Origin: Leidyana gryllorum EB-2025a | Taxonomy: Eukaryota > Protista > Apicomplexa | DNA: 64,000 nt | Assembly (NCBI GenBank): GCA_048772705.1 | Contig: JBLWGC010000082.1 | Location: forward strand, 1-64,000 | Reading direction: 5' to 3' | In this document: positions 1 to 10,000 of the stretch, piece after piece | How positions within the stretch are numbered: the first letter of the stretch is position 1 | How the letters are laid out: every line of letters starts with the position of its first letter | Position numbers and translations under genes: made by a program | The notes under the pieces: model-generated | Seen by the model: only the letters and a program-made list of their open reading frames with translations | Told to the model about the DNA's origin: nothing | Databases searched by the model: none

Positions 1-1065
1 ATCAGGGCGGTCATCAAAGAGAATCACGGAACTCCCCTGGCGGGACACTTCGGTGCCGAAAAAACACTCGCTCGAATCAGAGCCTGTTTTATGTGGCGAG
101 GCATGAGTGCAGACGTGGCCGAGTTCTGCCGGAGCTGCAATAATTGCCAACTAACGAAGACAAGCAACCACCGCCCATACGGACTGCTGAACCCAATCAA
201 AGATCCGCTTTTCCCTTGGGAACATATCGGAATCGATTTTCTAGAATTACCAAGGGATTCGACCACGGGGTATAATTACGTTATGGTCGTCGTCGATCGT
301 GTCAGCCGCCGGATCCGGCTGATTCCTTGCACCAAGGACATTAACGCCGAAAAGGCAGCGCAATTGTTCCTCGACAACATAGTGAAATTGCATGGTGTGC
401 CTGCCAAGATCATCTCAGATCGCGACCCCCGTTTCATTTCCGAGATGTGGAGAGCTCTCATGACCGGACTGGGGAGCACCTTGGCCCTGAGTACAGCATA
501 TCATCCCCAAACGAATGGACTCGTCGAAAGAGCGAATCGAACGATATTAAGTCTCCTAAGAGCCACCCTAATGGGTCACTCAAACGATTGGGCGGCACAC
601 CTCACAGCCACCGAAATAGCATACAACTCGACGCCGCAGACCTCAAGCAAGAGTACACCATTCGAAATTGACACTGGTCACCGATACCAACACCCACAGG
701 ACTGGATGCGGAGACAATACCAACCCACGAGTTCCCTACCACTGAAAATCTACGCTCAAAGACTTCAGGAGGCGTGCGACAGGATGAATGAGGCCCGACG
801 GAAGCAGAAACGACAGGCGGATAAGATCAGGAGGGACAAGACCTTCAAGGAAGGAGAGATGGTGATGCTGGATACCCGCCACCTCAAACACGTACTGAAA
901 ACAAAGCTGAACAACCAATACGCAGGACCTTTCAGGGTCACCGCAACTCACGCCAACGATACCTACACATTGGACTTACCCCCGGGTACCTCCCTGTTCA
1001 ACAAATTCCATGTCTCGAGGTTGGAACCCTACCACACGACAGAGGCAGAAGAGGCAGAAAGACCT
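1..1065 (+). mobile_element. Ty3/Gypsy element A, integrase fragment (5' part outside window, 3' end interrupted by LTR of element B)
   Basis: The frame shows GHFG..KT..R, CRSCNNC (zinc finger), IGIDF, SDRDPRF, HPQTNGLVERANR and the GPF motif. The sequence switches abruptly to the B LTR at 1066. Confidence 0.9.
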
Positions 1066-1280
1066 TGTAAGGGCTGCGAGAAGTGTTTGACGGAAGCCGG
1101 CCGGAGCCGGTCATCCATGGTAAGTCTGTGTCTCCGGAGACCGGCCGGCCGGCAAAAGGAGACACGGACACACGTGTGTAGTGCCTTTTTACTTACGTGA
1201 TTCGGCATCAACGAGAATAATGGACTTACGAAACGGCAAGGTACTCACCTTAGACAGTAGCACAAGGAACCCGTGTTACA
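1066..1280 (+). repeat. LTR B copy 1 (215 bp, TGTAA...TTACA)
   Basis: Terminal inverted repeat TGTAA/TTACA, followed by the PBS. Matches the copies at 5816 and 10566. Confidence 0.95.
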
Positions 1281-2344
1281 CTGGTAGCAGTGCGCTTACC
1301 TTCGCCGTTGTGGAGAACGAAAGGCCGCAGGAGGGCCTTGAACCGGAACGCAGCTCAGATCAACGGCGCCAAAAGGAGTCATTTCAAGCAACCGAACCAC
1401 CGTCAGAACTCACAGATACGCCGGAAGGGGGGGACCTCAAGATGGAGGCCTTCATGCGCCGTTGGATTGAGGCAATGCAGACGATGAACTCGAAACCGAA
1501 TCCAACCGGGATTAGCGGTACACGGAGAGCAAAAGGCGACGATGACAGCGACTTGATGTATCAAAAAGCGGACGCGGCGATCAGAAAGTACCCAGCGTTC
1601 GATGGTGAAAGACAAGGGGAAGCACGCGACTGGATCGACGGATGCAATGCCCGCTTCTTGACTGCCAAGGTGGAAGGGGAAGAGGCAAGGGTACGGGCGG
1701 CGTGTGGACTCTTCACAGCGTCGGCAGCGAGATGGCTAGCCAGATCACCAGAAATCCTACAACTCCCCTGGGACCAATTCCGAACAACAATGATCAAGGA
1801 GTTCGACCCCAACAACACCTTAGACAACGACCTCACGCGAATGGCCAAGCTGCGAAAGACTGGAACCATGCAGCAGTACATCTCGGAATTCCGAAAGCTT
1901 GATAGAGGAGTCAGCGGAATAGACTTAGAGACTCGAACACACTTCTTTTTTAGTGGACTACCACAGGCGGACAAGCAAGCACTTGCAGCTTGTATAGGAG
2001 AGCCGATCGCAGTTATATACGCCAGAGCCATGCAATACGCAGCAGTGCTAGAAAGGCCACAGACGGAACAATGTTTTGCCATAGATCAGAGGGCCCGAAC
2101 GGGTGTGGGCCGCAAGTGTAAGTACACTCATGATGAGTGTGCCAAGGAAAGGAGATGCTTCAATTGTGGAGACAGAGGACACCTCGCATGGAAGTGCCCC
2201 GAGCCAAGAGACGACCGACCAGCAAAGCGGTTCGCGACTGGAAGACCAGCGAGACAGGAGAGACCCACGAGGGCAGTTTACGCAACAGAGGAAGGAACCG
2301 AGGATTTTCGCGGAGGCCCCGAGCAAACGCCGACCGCTCAATAA
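1220..2344 (+). CDS. gag: Gag, element B copy 1 (start at ATG 1220 inside the LTR, or at 1442)
   Basis: Retrotransposon capsid-like region (FDGE..ARDWI, W..F, QQYISEF) and a CCHC knuckle CFNCGDRGHLAWKC. Confidence 0.88.
   Translation: MDLRNGKVLTLDSSTRNPCYTGSSALTFAVVENERPQEGLEPERSSDQRRQKESFQATEPPSELTDTPEGGDLKMEAFMRRWIEAMQTMNSKPNPTGISGTRRAKGDDDSDLMYQKADAAIRKYPAFDGERQGEARDWIDGCNARFLTAKVEGEEARVRAACGLFTASAARWLARSPEILQLPWDQFRTTMIKEFDPNNTLDNDLTRMAKLRKTGTMQQYISEFRKLDRGVSGIDLETRTHFFFSGLPQADKQALAACIGEPIAVIYARAMQYAAVLERPQTEQCFAIDQRARTGVGRKCKYTHDECAKERRCFNCGDRGHLAWKCPEPRDDRPAKRFATGRPARQERPTRAVYATEEGTEDFRGGPEQTPTAQ
1282..1292 (+). promoter_or_regulatory. Primer binding site TGGTAGCAGTG (probably initiator tRNA-Met)
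   Basis: Starts 1 nt after the LTR end. TGGTAGCAG is complementary to the eukaryotic tRNAiMet 3' end (CUGCUACCA). Confidence 0.8.
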
Positions 2345-2354
2345 ACAAGGGGCC
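2302..2354 (+). promoter_or_regulatory. Candidate -1 programmed ribosomal frameshift signal (G GAT TTT plus stem-loop)
   Basis: pol is in the -1 frame relative to gag. Heptamer GGATTTT (2302-2308) is in gag phase. After a 6-nt spacer, GGCCCC (2315-2320) pairs with GGGGCC (2349-2354), with nested GAGC/GCTC. Confidence 0.65.
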
Positions 2355-5300
2355 CAAAAGAGAGGCTAACGGGACGCTGACAACGGTGTGGCAGCTGAGT
2401 CGGGACGAAAGAGGTCCGAAGATGGACGTTTGTGTCCTCGTGGACACGGGGGCAACTATACCATGCATCAATGAAGCAACCACAAGGGGGTTGAACTTAC
2501 GACGAACGGGTGACCACGCAACGCTCCGCACGGTCCAAGGCACATGTGGACGAGAACTAGCCGAAGCACAACTTTACACGAACCAAGGACAGTCAATTCG
2601 AATCAGAGGAGCACTACTCCCCAACATGCCGTATGACGTGATCATAAGCACATCAGTGATAGTCAAATTGGGGCTCTGCATTACCGTGACGAAAGGGAAG
2701 CGCTTGTGCATTTTAGAGAGATATGCGGTCGATGTGAAGGAGCCAACAAAGGAAGACTGGTGGGCGGACGAGCAGCTACATGCAGCAGAAGTGTATGTCA
2801 CTGAAGACCTGGAGCGGACGTCAATGCAACCGTTAGACACACCAATAGACATTCCAGCAAAGTACGCTCCCTTGATCCAAGCGTACCCAGAAATCACCCG
2901 AACGGAAACACCACTGCCGCCAGTGAGACCAGGTGTGGATCATCGGATCGAACTGAAAGATAAGAACACGACTCCATTCGTTCGAGCACCATATAGAGTA
3001 CCTCAAAGATATATCACAGAGTTACGCAACCAGATAGTGGAGCTAAAGAAGGCCAAGAAGATTCAACTCAGCTCATCGAGCTGGGCATCACCGTGCCTCT
3101 TCGTACCCAAGAAGGACACGGCGGTGCCCAGGCTGGTCTGTGATTATAGAAGGCTGAATGACGCCACTCTAAAGATGGCGTCACCCATACCGGCGCTAGA
3201 TGAGGCACTGCAAGCCTTAGCGGGTGCCACGTGGTTCTCCACACTAGACCTGAAAGCGGGATACCACCAAATAAGAATGGCACCAGATTCATGCAGCCTT
3301 ACCGCCTTCTCCACCCCGTGGGGACTGTACGAGTGGACAGTCATGCCCAACGGATTAACAAACGCCCCGGCCACCTTTATGAACTTCATGAACCAGGTCT
3401 TTGCGGACCTGATAGGCACGTCAGTCTTCGTCTATCTGGACGATGTTTTAGTCTTCTCGAGAACAGAGGAAGAACACGAGGATCACCTGCGGGAAGTGTT
3501 CGAAAGGCTCAAGCAGAATGATCTAATAATACACAACAGAAAGTCACATTTCTTCAAGCGCGAAGTGACTTACTTAGGGCACGTGATAGGAGAAAGCGGG
3601 GCGAAACCGATCAGCGAGAGAGTGGACACGCTGCGTGAATTGGCATACCCTACAACGCTGAAGGAAACGCAAAGGGTACTGGGCATGCTCAACTATTATC
3701 GACGATTTATACCTCACTTCGCCAACAAAGCACAGCCACTGTACCAACTGATGCACGGATGCAAACGCCCGAGTGATCGAGTGGCGGACACCGAGGAAGC
3801 GCGAGAGTCATTGGAACAACTGAAACGGAGCTTAGCAGAGGCGTCAACACTACGCCACCCGACACAACTAACGCAAGAGCTTACCATATATACCGATGCC
3901 AGTCTCACGGCAATTGGAGCAGCACTCCATCTCCCAGCGGAACAGGGGGGATGTCCTGTCGAATTCATTTCAAGAACGCTCACAGCAGCCCAAACTCGTT
4001 ACCCGACACACGAACGGGAACTCTTGGCGATAGTGGAGGCCTGCCGCCATTGGAGACACCTATTAATAGGAAGGAAGACAACGATTATGACTGATCACAA
4101 ACCGTTAACGCACCTACTATCACAATCACACCTGTCCGATAGGCAAGCCCGTTGGTTAATACACTTGGCCGAACTCGATCTTGAAATAAAATACATACCA
4201 GGAACAAAAAATATAATTGCGGATCTATTGAGCCGACCGCGAAAACAGCGGAACGAACCAAGACACAGAGAAACACAGGCGGAATGCAACGCCGTGGACC
4301 AGGCACCAGGGACGGACGCGGGCGAAGAGATCAGCGCACTAGAGGGCAGACTGAGAGATGCGTGGAAAGGACGCGAGGCTGAAGCAGGAAAGCAGGGAGA
4401 GGTCGAGTGGATCAATGGCTTACCAGTGACCCCAGACGGAACCATAGAAGTGCCAACAGATCTTAGCCTCATAAAGGATATCATTGAAGACAACCACGAC
4501 AGCGCGCTCGCCGGACACTTAGCCGCGGACAAGACTATAGGCCGAATTCGAGCGCTCTTCAGCTGGAAAGGTCTGGCAATGGACACAGCGAACTACTGCA
4601 GGTCATGCGCAACATGCCAGAGGGCGAAAAAACGAGGACATAGGCCATATGGGCTACTCCACCCACTGTCGAACCCCACGCTTCCTTGGGCGGAGGTGGG
4701 GATCGATTTCCTGGAGCTACCAAAAGATCGCGAAACAGGAAAGGACTACCTTCTGGTAGTAGTGGACCGGCTCACCAGGCGACTGCGCCTGATCCCTTGC
4801 GAGAAATCGATCACCGCCAAAGATGCGGCGGAGCTGTTTCTGGATCAAGTGGTCAAGGTACATGGAGCTCCAATGAAGATAGTGTCCGACCGCGACACGC
4901 GATTCGCGGCGGAGACATGGAAGGAGGTAATGAGGAGCATCGGTGCCCGCCCAGCCATGACGACCGCATACCACCCCCAATCTAACGGCCTGACCGAGAG
5001 GGCCAACAGGTCGGTGTTGCAGATCTTGAGATGTGTGCTGGGAGGACACCGCGACAGGTGGATGAATCACATACTGAGCACGGAGATGGCTTACAACTCC
5101 GCAGTCCAAGCATCGACAAGAATGAGCCCGCTCGAACTCGATACGGGACGAATAACATTCCTACCGTCACGATTGAACGAGATTGCATCAACTAGGTCCA
5201 CCATGGGGAAACTCCACCTACAAAAGATGCAGGAAGCCATTGACCGGCTGAGTGAAGCTACAGAATCACAGAAACACCAGGCAGATAAACGAAGGCAGCG

Positions 5301-5820
5301 GATCAGCTTCACGTTAGGAGAACAGGTATTGTTGAGCACGAAGAATTTAGCACACGTACCAACTCACAAACTTTCGATCCCATTCTGCGGACCCTTCAGG
5401 GTCGTACGAATAGGCGAGAACGACACATACACCATTGACCTACCGCAGGGATGGGGCATTTTCCCCAAGTTTCACGCGAGTAGGCTGGAGAAGTTTACAC
5501 AGAGGCAAGCAGAGCAGGAAGACCCAGCAAGAGAAGGTCAATCCGCTAACGACGACGCAGAGAATGAACCATTGTATTTGATGCAAGCCATCACGGGCTG
5601 GAGACCCACAGAACAAGGGACCCAATACAGAGTCAGATGGGCTGGATACACACAGGAAACATGGGAACCGGCGGAAGAAGTCCTAGCAGCACAAGGGGCG
5701 GACCTTATAGAGGACTTCAGGAGACAATGGAATCGCAGGAACCCGAACAACCCCTTTCACACAGAACCGGAACGGCAACAAACCACGAATTTGGACCAGC
5801 TGGGCCCGGGAGGGGTGTAA
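2302..5820 (+). CDS. pol: Pol, element B copy 1 (protease, RT, RNase H, integrase, chromodomain), expressed as Gag-Pol
   Basis: VDTGA protease, LDLKAGYHQ and YLDD RT, TDAS RNase H, H..H..CRSCATC, SDRD, GPF, and chromodomain YRVRWAGY..TWEP. The frame is intact. Confidence 0.95.
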   Translation, partial: GFSRRPRANADRSINKGPKREANGTLTTVWQLSRDERGPKMDVCVLVDTGATIPCINEATTRGLNLRRTGDHATLRTVQGTCGRELAEAQLYTNQGQSIRIRGALLPNMPYDVIISTSVIVKLGLCITVTKGKRLCILERYAVDVKEPTKEDWWADEQLHAAEVYVTEDLERTSMQPLDTPIDIPAKYAPLIQAYPEITRTETPLPPVRPGVDHRIELKDKNTTPFVRAPYRVPQRYITELRNQIVELKKAKKIQLSSSSWASPCLFVPKKDTAVPRLVCDYRRLNDATLKMASPIPALDEALQALAGATWFSTLDLKAGYHQIRMAPDSCSLTAFSTPWGLYEWTVMPNGLTNAPATFMNFMNQVFADLIGTSVFVYLDDVLVFSRTEEEHEDHLREVFERLKQNDLIIHNRKSHFFKREVTYLGHVIGESGAKPISERVDTLRELAYPTTLKETQRVLGMLNYYRRFIPHFANKAQPLYQLMHGCKRPSDRVADTEEARESLEQLKRSLAEASTLRHPTQLTQELTIYTDASLTAIGAALHLPAEQGGCPVEFISRTLTAAQTRYPTHERELLAIVEACRHWRHLLIGRKTTIMTDHKPLTHLLSQSHLSDRQARWLIHLAELDLEIKYIPGTKNIIADLLSRPRKQRNEPRHRETQAECNAVDQAPGTDAGEEISALEGRLRDAWKGREAEAGKQGEVEWINGLPVTPDGTIEVPTDLSLIKDIIEDNHDSALAGHLAADKTIGRIRALFSWKGLAMDTANYCRSCATCQRAKKRGHRPYGLLHPLSNPTLPWAEVGIDFLELPKDRETGKDYLLVVVDRLTRRLRLIPCEKSITAKDAAELFLDQVVKVHGAPMKIVSDRDTRFAAETWKEVMRSIGARPAMTTAYHPQSNGLTERANRSVLQILRCVLGGHRDRWMNHILSTEMAYNSAVQASTRMSPLELDTGRITFLPSRLNEIASTRSTMGKLHLQKMQEAIDRLSEATESQKHQADKRRQRISFTLGEQVLLSTKNLAHVPTHKLSIPFCGPFRVVRIGENDTYTIDLPQGWGIFPKFHASRLEKFTQRQAEQEDPAREGQSANDDAENEPLYLMQAITGWRPTEQGTQYRVRWAGYTQETWEPAEEVLAAQGADLIEDFRRQWNRRNPNNPFHTEPERQQTTNLDQLGPGGV
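5808..5815 (+). promoter_or_regulatory. Polypurine tract GGGAGGGG
   Basis: Directly abuts the LTR TG at 5816. Confidence 0.8.
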
Positions 5821-6030
5821 GGGCTGCGAGAAGTGTTTGACGGAAGCCGGCCGGAGCCGGTCATCCATGGTAAGTCTGTGTCTCCGGAGACCGGCCGGCC
5901 GGCAAAAGGAGACACGGACACACGTGTGTAGTGCCTTTTTACTTACGTGATTCGGCATCAACGAGAATAATGGACTTACGAAACGGCAAGGTACTCACCT
6001 TAGACAGTAGCACAAGGAACCCGTGTTACA
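5816..6030 (+). repeat. LTR B copy 2 (shared 3'/5' LTR)
   Basis: Matches 1066-1280. Preceded by a PPT and followed by a PBS at 6032-6042. Confidence 0.95.
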
Positions 6031-7094
6031 CTGGTAGCAGTGCGCTTACCTTCGCCGTTGTGGAGAACGAAAGGCCGCAGGAGGGCCTTGAACCGGAACG
6101 CAGCTCAGATCAACGGCGCCAAAAGGAGTCATTTCAAGCAACCGAACCACCGTCAGAACTCACAGATACGCCGGAAGGGGGGGACCTCAAGATGGAGGCC
6201 TTCATGCGCCGTTGGATTGAGGCAATGCAGACGATGAACTCGAAACCGAATCCAACCGGGATTAGCGGTACACGGAGAGCAAAAGGCGACGATGACAGCG
6301 ACTTGATGTATCAAAAAGCGGACGCGGCGATCAGAAAGTACCCAGCGTTCGATGGTGAAAGACAAGGGGAAGCACGCGACTGGATCGACGGATGCAATGC
6401 CCGCTTCTTGACTGCCAAGGTGGAAGGGGAAGAGGCAAGGGTACGGGCGGCGTGTGGACTCTTCACAGCGTCGGCAGCGAGATGGCTAGCCAGATCACCA
6501 GAAATCCTACAACTCCCCTGGGACCAATTCCGAACAACAATGATCAAGGAGTTCGACCCCAACAACACCTTAGACAACGACCTCACGCGAATGGCCAAGC
6601 TGCGAAAGACTGGAACCATGCAGCAGTACATCTCGGAATTCCGAAAGCTTGATAGAGGAGTCAGCGGAATAGACTTAGAGACTCGAACACACTTCTTTTT
6701 TAGTGGACTACCACAGGCGGACAAGCAAGCACTTGCAGCTTGTATAGGAGAGCCGATCGCAGTTATATACGCCAGAGCCATGCAATACGCAGCAGTGCTA
6801 GAAAGGCCACAGACGGAACAATGTTTTGCCATAGATCAGAGGGCCCGAACGGGTGTGGGCCGCAAGTGTAAGTACACTCATGATGAGTGTGCCAAGGAAA
6901 GGAGATGCTTCAATTGTGGAGACAGAGGACACCTCGCATGGAAGTGCCCCGAGCCAAGAGACGACCGACCAGCAAAGCGGTTCGCGACTGGAAGACCAGC
7001 GAGACAGGAGAGACCCACGAGGGCAGTTTACGCAACAGAGGAAGGAACCGAGGATTTTCGCGGAGGCCCCGAGCAAACGCCGACCGCTCAATAA
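5970..7094 (+). CDS. gag: Gag, element B copy 2
   Basis: Translation identical to copy 1. Confidence 0.88.
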   Translation: MDLRNGKVLTLDSSTRNPCYTGSSALTFAVVENERPQEGLEPERSSDQRRQKESFQATEPPSELTDTPEGGDLKMEAFMRRWIEAMQTMNSKPNPTGISGTRRAKGDDDSDLMYQKADAAIRKYPAFDGERQGEARDWIDGCNARFLTAKVEGEEARVRAACGLFTASAARWLARSPEILQLPWDQFRTTMIKEFDPNNTLDNDLTRMAKLRKTGTMQQYISEFRKLDRGVSGIDLETRTHFFFSGLPQADKQALAACIGEPIAVIYARAMQYAAVLERPQTEQCFAIDQRARTGVGRKCKYTHDECAKERRCFNCGDRGHLAWKCPEPRDDRPAKRFATGRPARQERPTRAVYATEEGTEDFRGGPEQTPTAQ

Positions 7095-10000
7095 ACAAGG
7101 GGCCCAAAAGAGAGGCTAACGGGACGCTGACAACGGTGTGGCAGCTGAGTCGGGACGAAAGAGGTCCGAAGATGGACGTTTGTGTCCTCGTGGACACGGG
7201 GGCAACTATACCATGCATCAATGAAGCAACCACAAGGGGGTTGAACTTACGACGAACGGGTGACCACGCAACGCTCCGCACGGTCCAAGGCACATGTGGA
7301 CGAGAACTAGCCGAAGCACAACTTTACACGAACCAAGGACAGTCAATTCGAATCAGAGGAGCACTACTCCCCAACATGCCGTATGACGTGATCATAAGCA
7401 CATCAGTGATAGTCAAATTGGGGCTCTGCATTACCGTGACGAAAGGGAAGCGCTTGTGCATTTTAGAGAGATATGCGGTCGATGTGAAGGAGCCAACAAA
7501 GGAAGACTGGTGGGCGGACGAGCAGCTACATGCAGCAGAAGTGTATGTCACTGAAGACCTGGAGCGGACGTCAATGCAACCGTTAGACACACCAATAGAC
7601 ATTCCAGCAAAGTACGCTCCCTTGATCCAAGCGTACCCAGAAATCACCCGAACGGAAACACCACTGCCGCCAGTGAGACCAGGTGTGGATCATCGGATCG
7701 AACTGAAAGATAAGAACACGACTCCATTCGTTCGAGCACCATATAGAGTACCTCAAAGATATATCACAGAGTTACGCAACCAGATAGTGGAGCTAAAGAA
7801 GGCCAAGAAGATTCAACTCAGCTCATCGAGCTGGGCATCACCGTGCCTCTTCGTACCCAAGAAGGACACGGCGGTGCCCAGGCTGGTCTGTGATTATAGA
7901 AGGCTGAATGACGCCACTCTAAAGATGGCGTCACCCATACCGGCGCTAGATGAGGCACTGCAAGCCTTAGCGGGTGCCACGTGGTTCTCCACACTAGACC
8001 TGAAAGCGGGATACCACCAAATAAGAATGGCACCAGATTCATGCAGCCTTACCGCCTTCTCCACCCCGTGGGGACTGTACGAGTGGACAGTCATGCCCAA
8101 CGGATTAACAAACGCCCCGGCCACCTTTATGAACTTCATGAACCAGGTCTTTGCGGACCTGATAGGCACGTCAGTCTTCGTCTATCTGGACGATGTTTTA
8201 GTCTTCTCGAGAACAGAGGAAGAACACGAGGATCACCTGCGGGAAGTGTTCGAAAGGCTCAAGCAGAATGATCTAATAATACACAACAGAAAGTCACATT
8301 TCTTCAAGCGCGAAGTGACTTACTTAGGGCACGTGATAGGAGAAAGCGGGGCGAAACCGATCAGCGAGAGAGTGGACACGCTGCGTGAATTGGCATACCC
8401 TACAACGCTGAAGGAAACGCAAAGGGTACTGGGCATGCTCAACTATTATCGACGATTTATACCTCACTTCGCCAACAAAGCACAGCCACTGTACCAACTG
8501 ATGCACGGATGCAAACGCCCGAGTGATCGAGTGGCGGACACCGAGGAAGCGCGAGAGTCATTGGAACAACTGAAACGGAGCTTAGCAGAGGCGTCAACAC
8601 TACGCCACCCGACACAACTAACGCAAGAGCTTACCATATATACCGATGCCAGTCTCACGGCAATTGGAGCAGCACTCCATCTCCCAGCGGAACAGGGGGG
8701 ATGTCCTGTCGAATTCATTTCAAGAACGCTCACAGCAGCCCAAACTCGTTACCCGACACACGAACGGGAACTCTTGGCGATAGTGGAGGCCTGCCGCCAT
8801 TGGAGACACCTATTAATAGGAAGGAAGACAACGATTATGACTGATCACAAACCGTTAACGCACCTACTATCACAATCACACCTGTCCGATAGGCAAGCCC
8901 GTTGGTTAATACACTTGGCCGAACTCGATCTTGAAATAAAATACATACCAGGAACAAAAAATATAATTGCGGATCTATTGAGCCGACCGCGAAAACAGCG
9001 GAACGAACCAAGACACAGAGAAACACAGGCGGAATGCAACGCCGTGGACCAGGCACCAGGGACGGACGCGGGCGAAGAGATCAGCGCACTAGAGGGCAGA
9101 CTGAGAGATGCGTGGAAAGGACGCGAGGCTGAAGCAGGAAAGCAGGGAGAGGTCGAGTGGATCAATGGCTTACCAGTGACCCCAGACGGAACCATAGAAG
9201 TGCCAACAGATCTTAGCCTCATAAAGGATATCATTGAAGACAACCACGACAGCGCGCTCGCCGGACACTTAGCCGCGGACAAGACTATAGGCCGAATTCG
9301 AGCGCTCTTCAGCTGGAAAGGTCTGGCAATGGACACAGCGAACTACTGCAGGTCATGCGCAACATGCCAGAGGGCGAAAAAACGAGGACATAGGCCATAT
9401 GGGCTACTCCACCCACTGTCGAACCCCACGCTTCCTTGGGCGGAGGTGGGGATCGATTTCCTGGAGCTACCAAAAGATCGCGAAACAGGAAAGGACTACC
9501 TTCTGGTAGTAGTGGACCGGCTCACCAGGCGACTGCGCCTGATCCCTTGCGAGAAATCGATCACCGCCAAAGATGCGGCGGAGCTGTTTCTGGATCAAGT
9601 GGTCAAGGTACATGGAGCTCCAATGAAGATAGTGTCCGACCGCGACACGCGATTCGCGGCGGAGACATGGAAGGAGGTAATGAGGAGCATCGGTGCCCGC
9701 CCAGCCATGACGACCGCATACCACCCCCAATCTAACGGCCTGACCGAGAGGGCCAACAGGTCGGTGTTGCAGATCTTGAGATGTGTGCTGGGAGGACACC
9801 GCGACAGGTGGATGAATCACATACTGAGCACGGAGATGGCTTACAACTCCGCAGTCCAAGCATCGACAAGAATGAGCCCGCTCGAACTCGATACGGGACG
9901 AATAACATTCCTACCGTCACGATTGAACGAGATTGCATCAACTAGGTCCACCATGGGGAAACTCCACCTACAAAAGATGCAGGAAGCCATTGACCGGCTG

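Noticed and set aside
1066-1200. C-terminal extension of ORF 91..1200 (CKGCEKC...) as a novel Cys domain
   Set aside because: It is read-through from truncated integrase A into the B LTR.
2137-2301. Independent pol start at 2137
   Set aside because: It is a non-ATG start overlapping the gag knuckle. A -1 frameshift near 2302 explains pol better.
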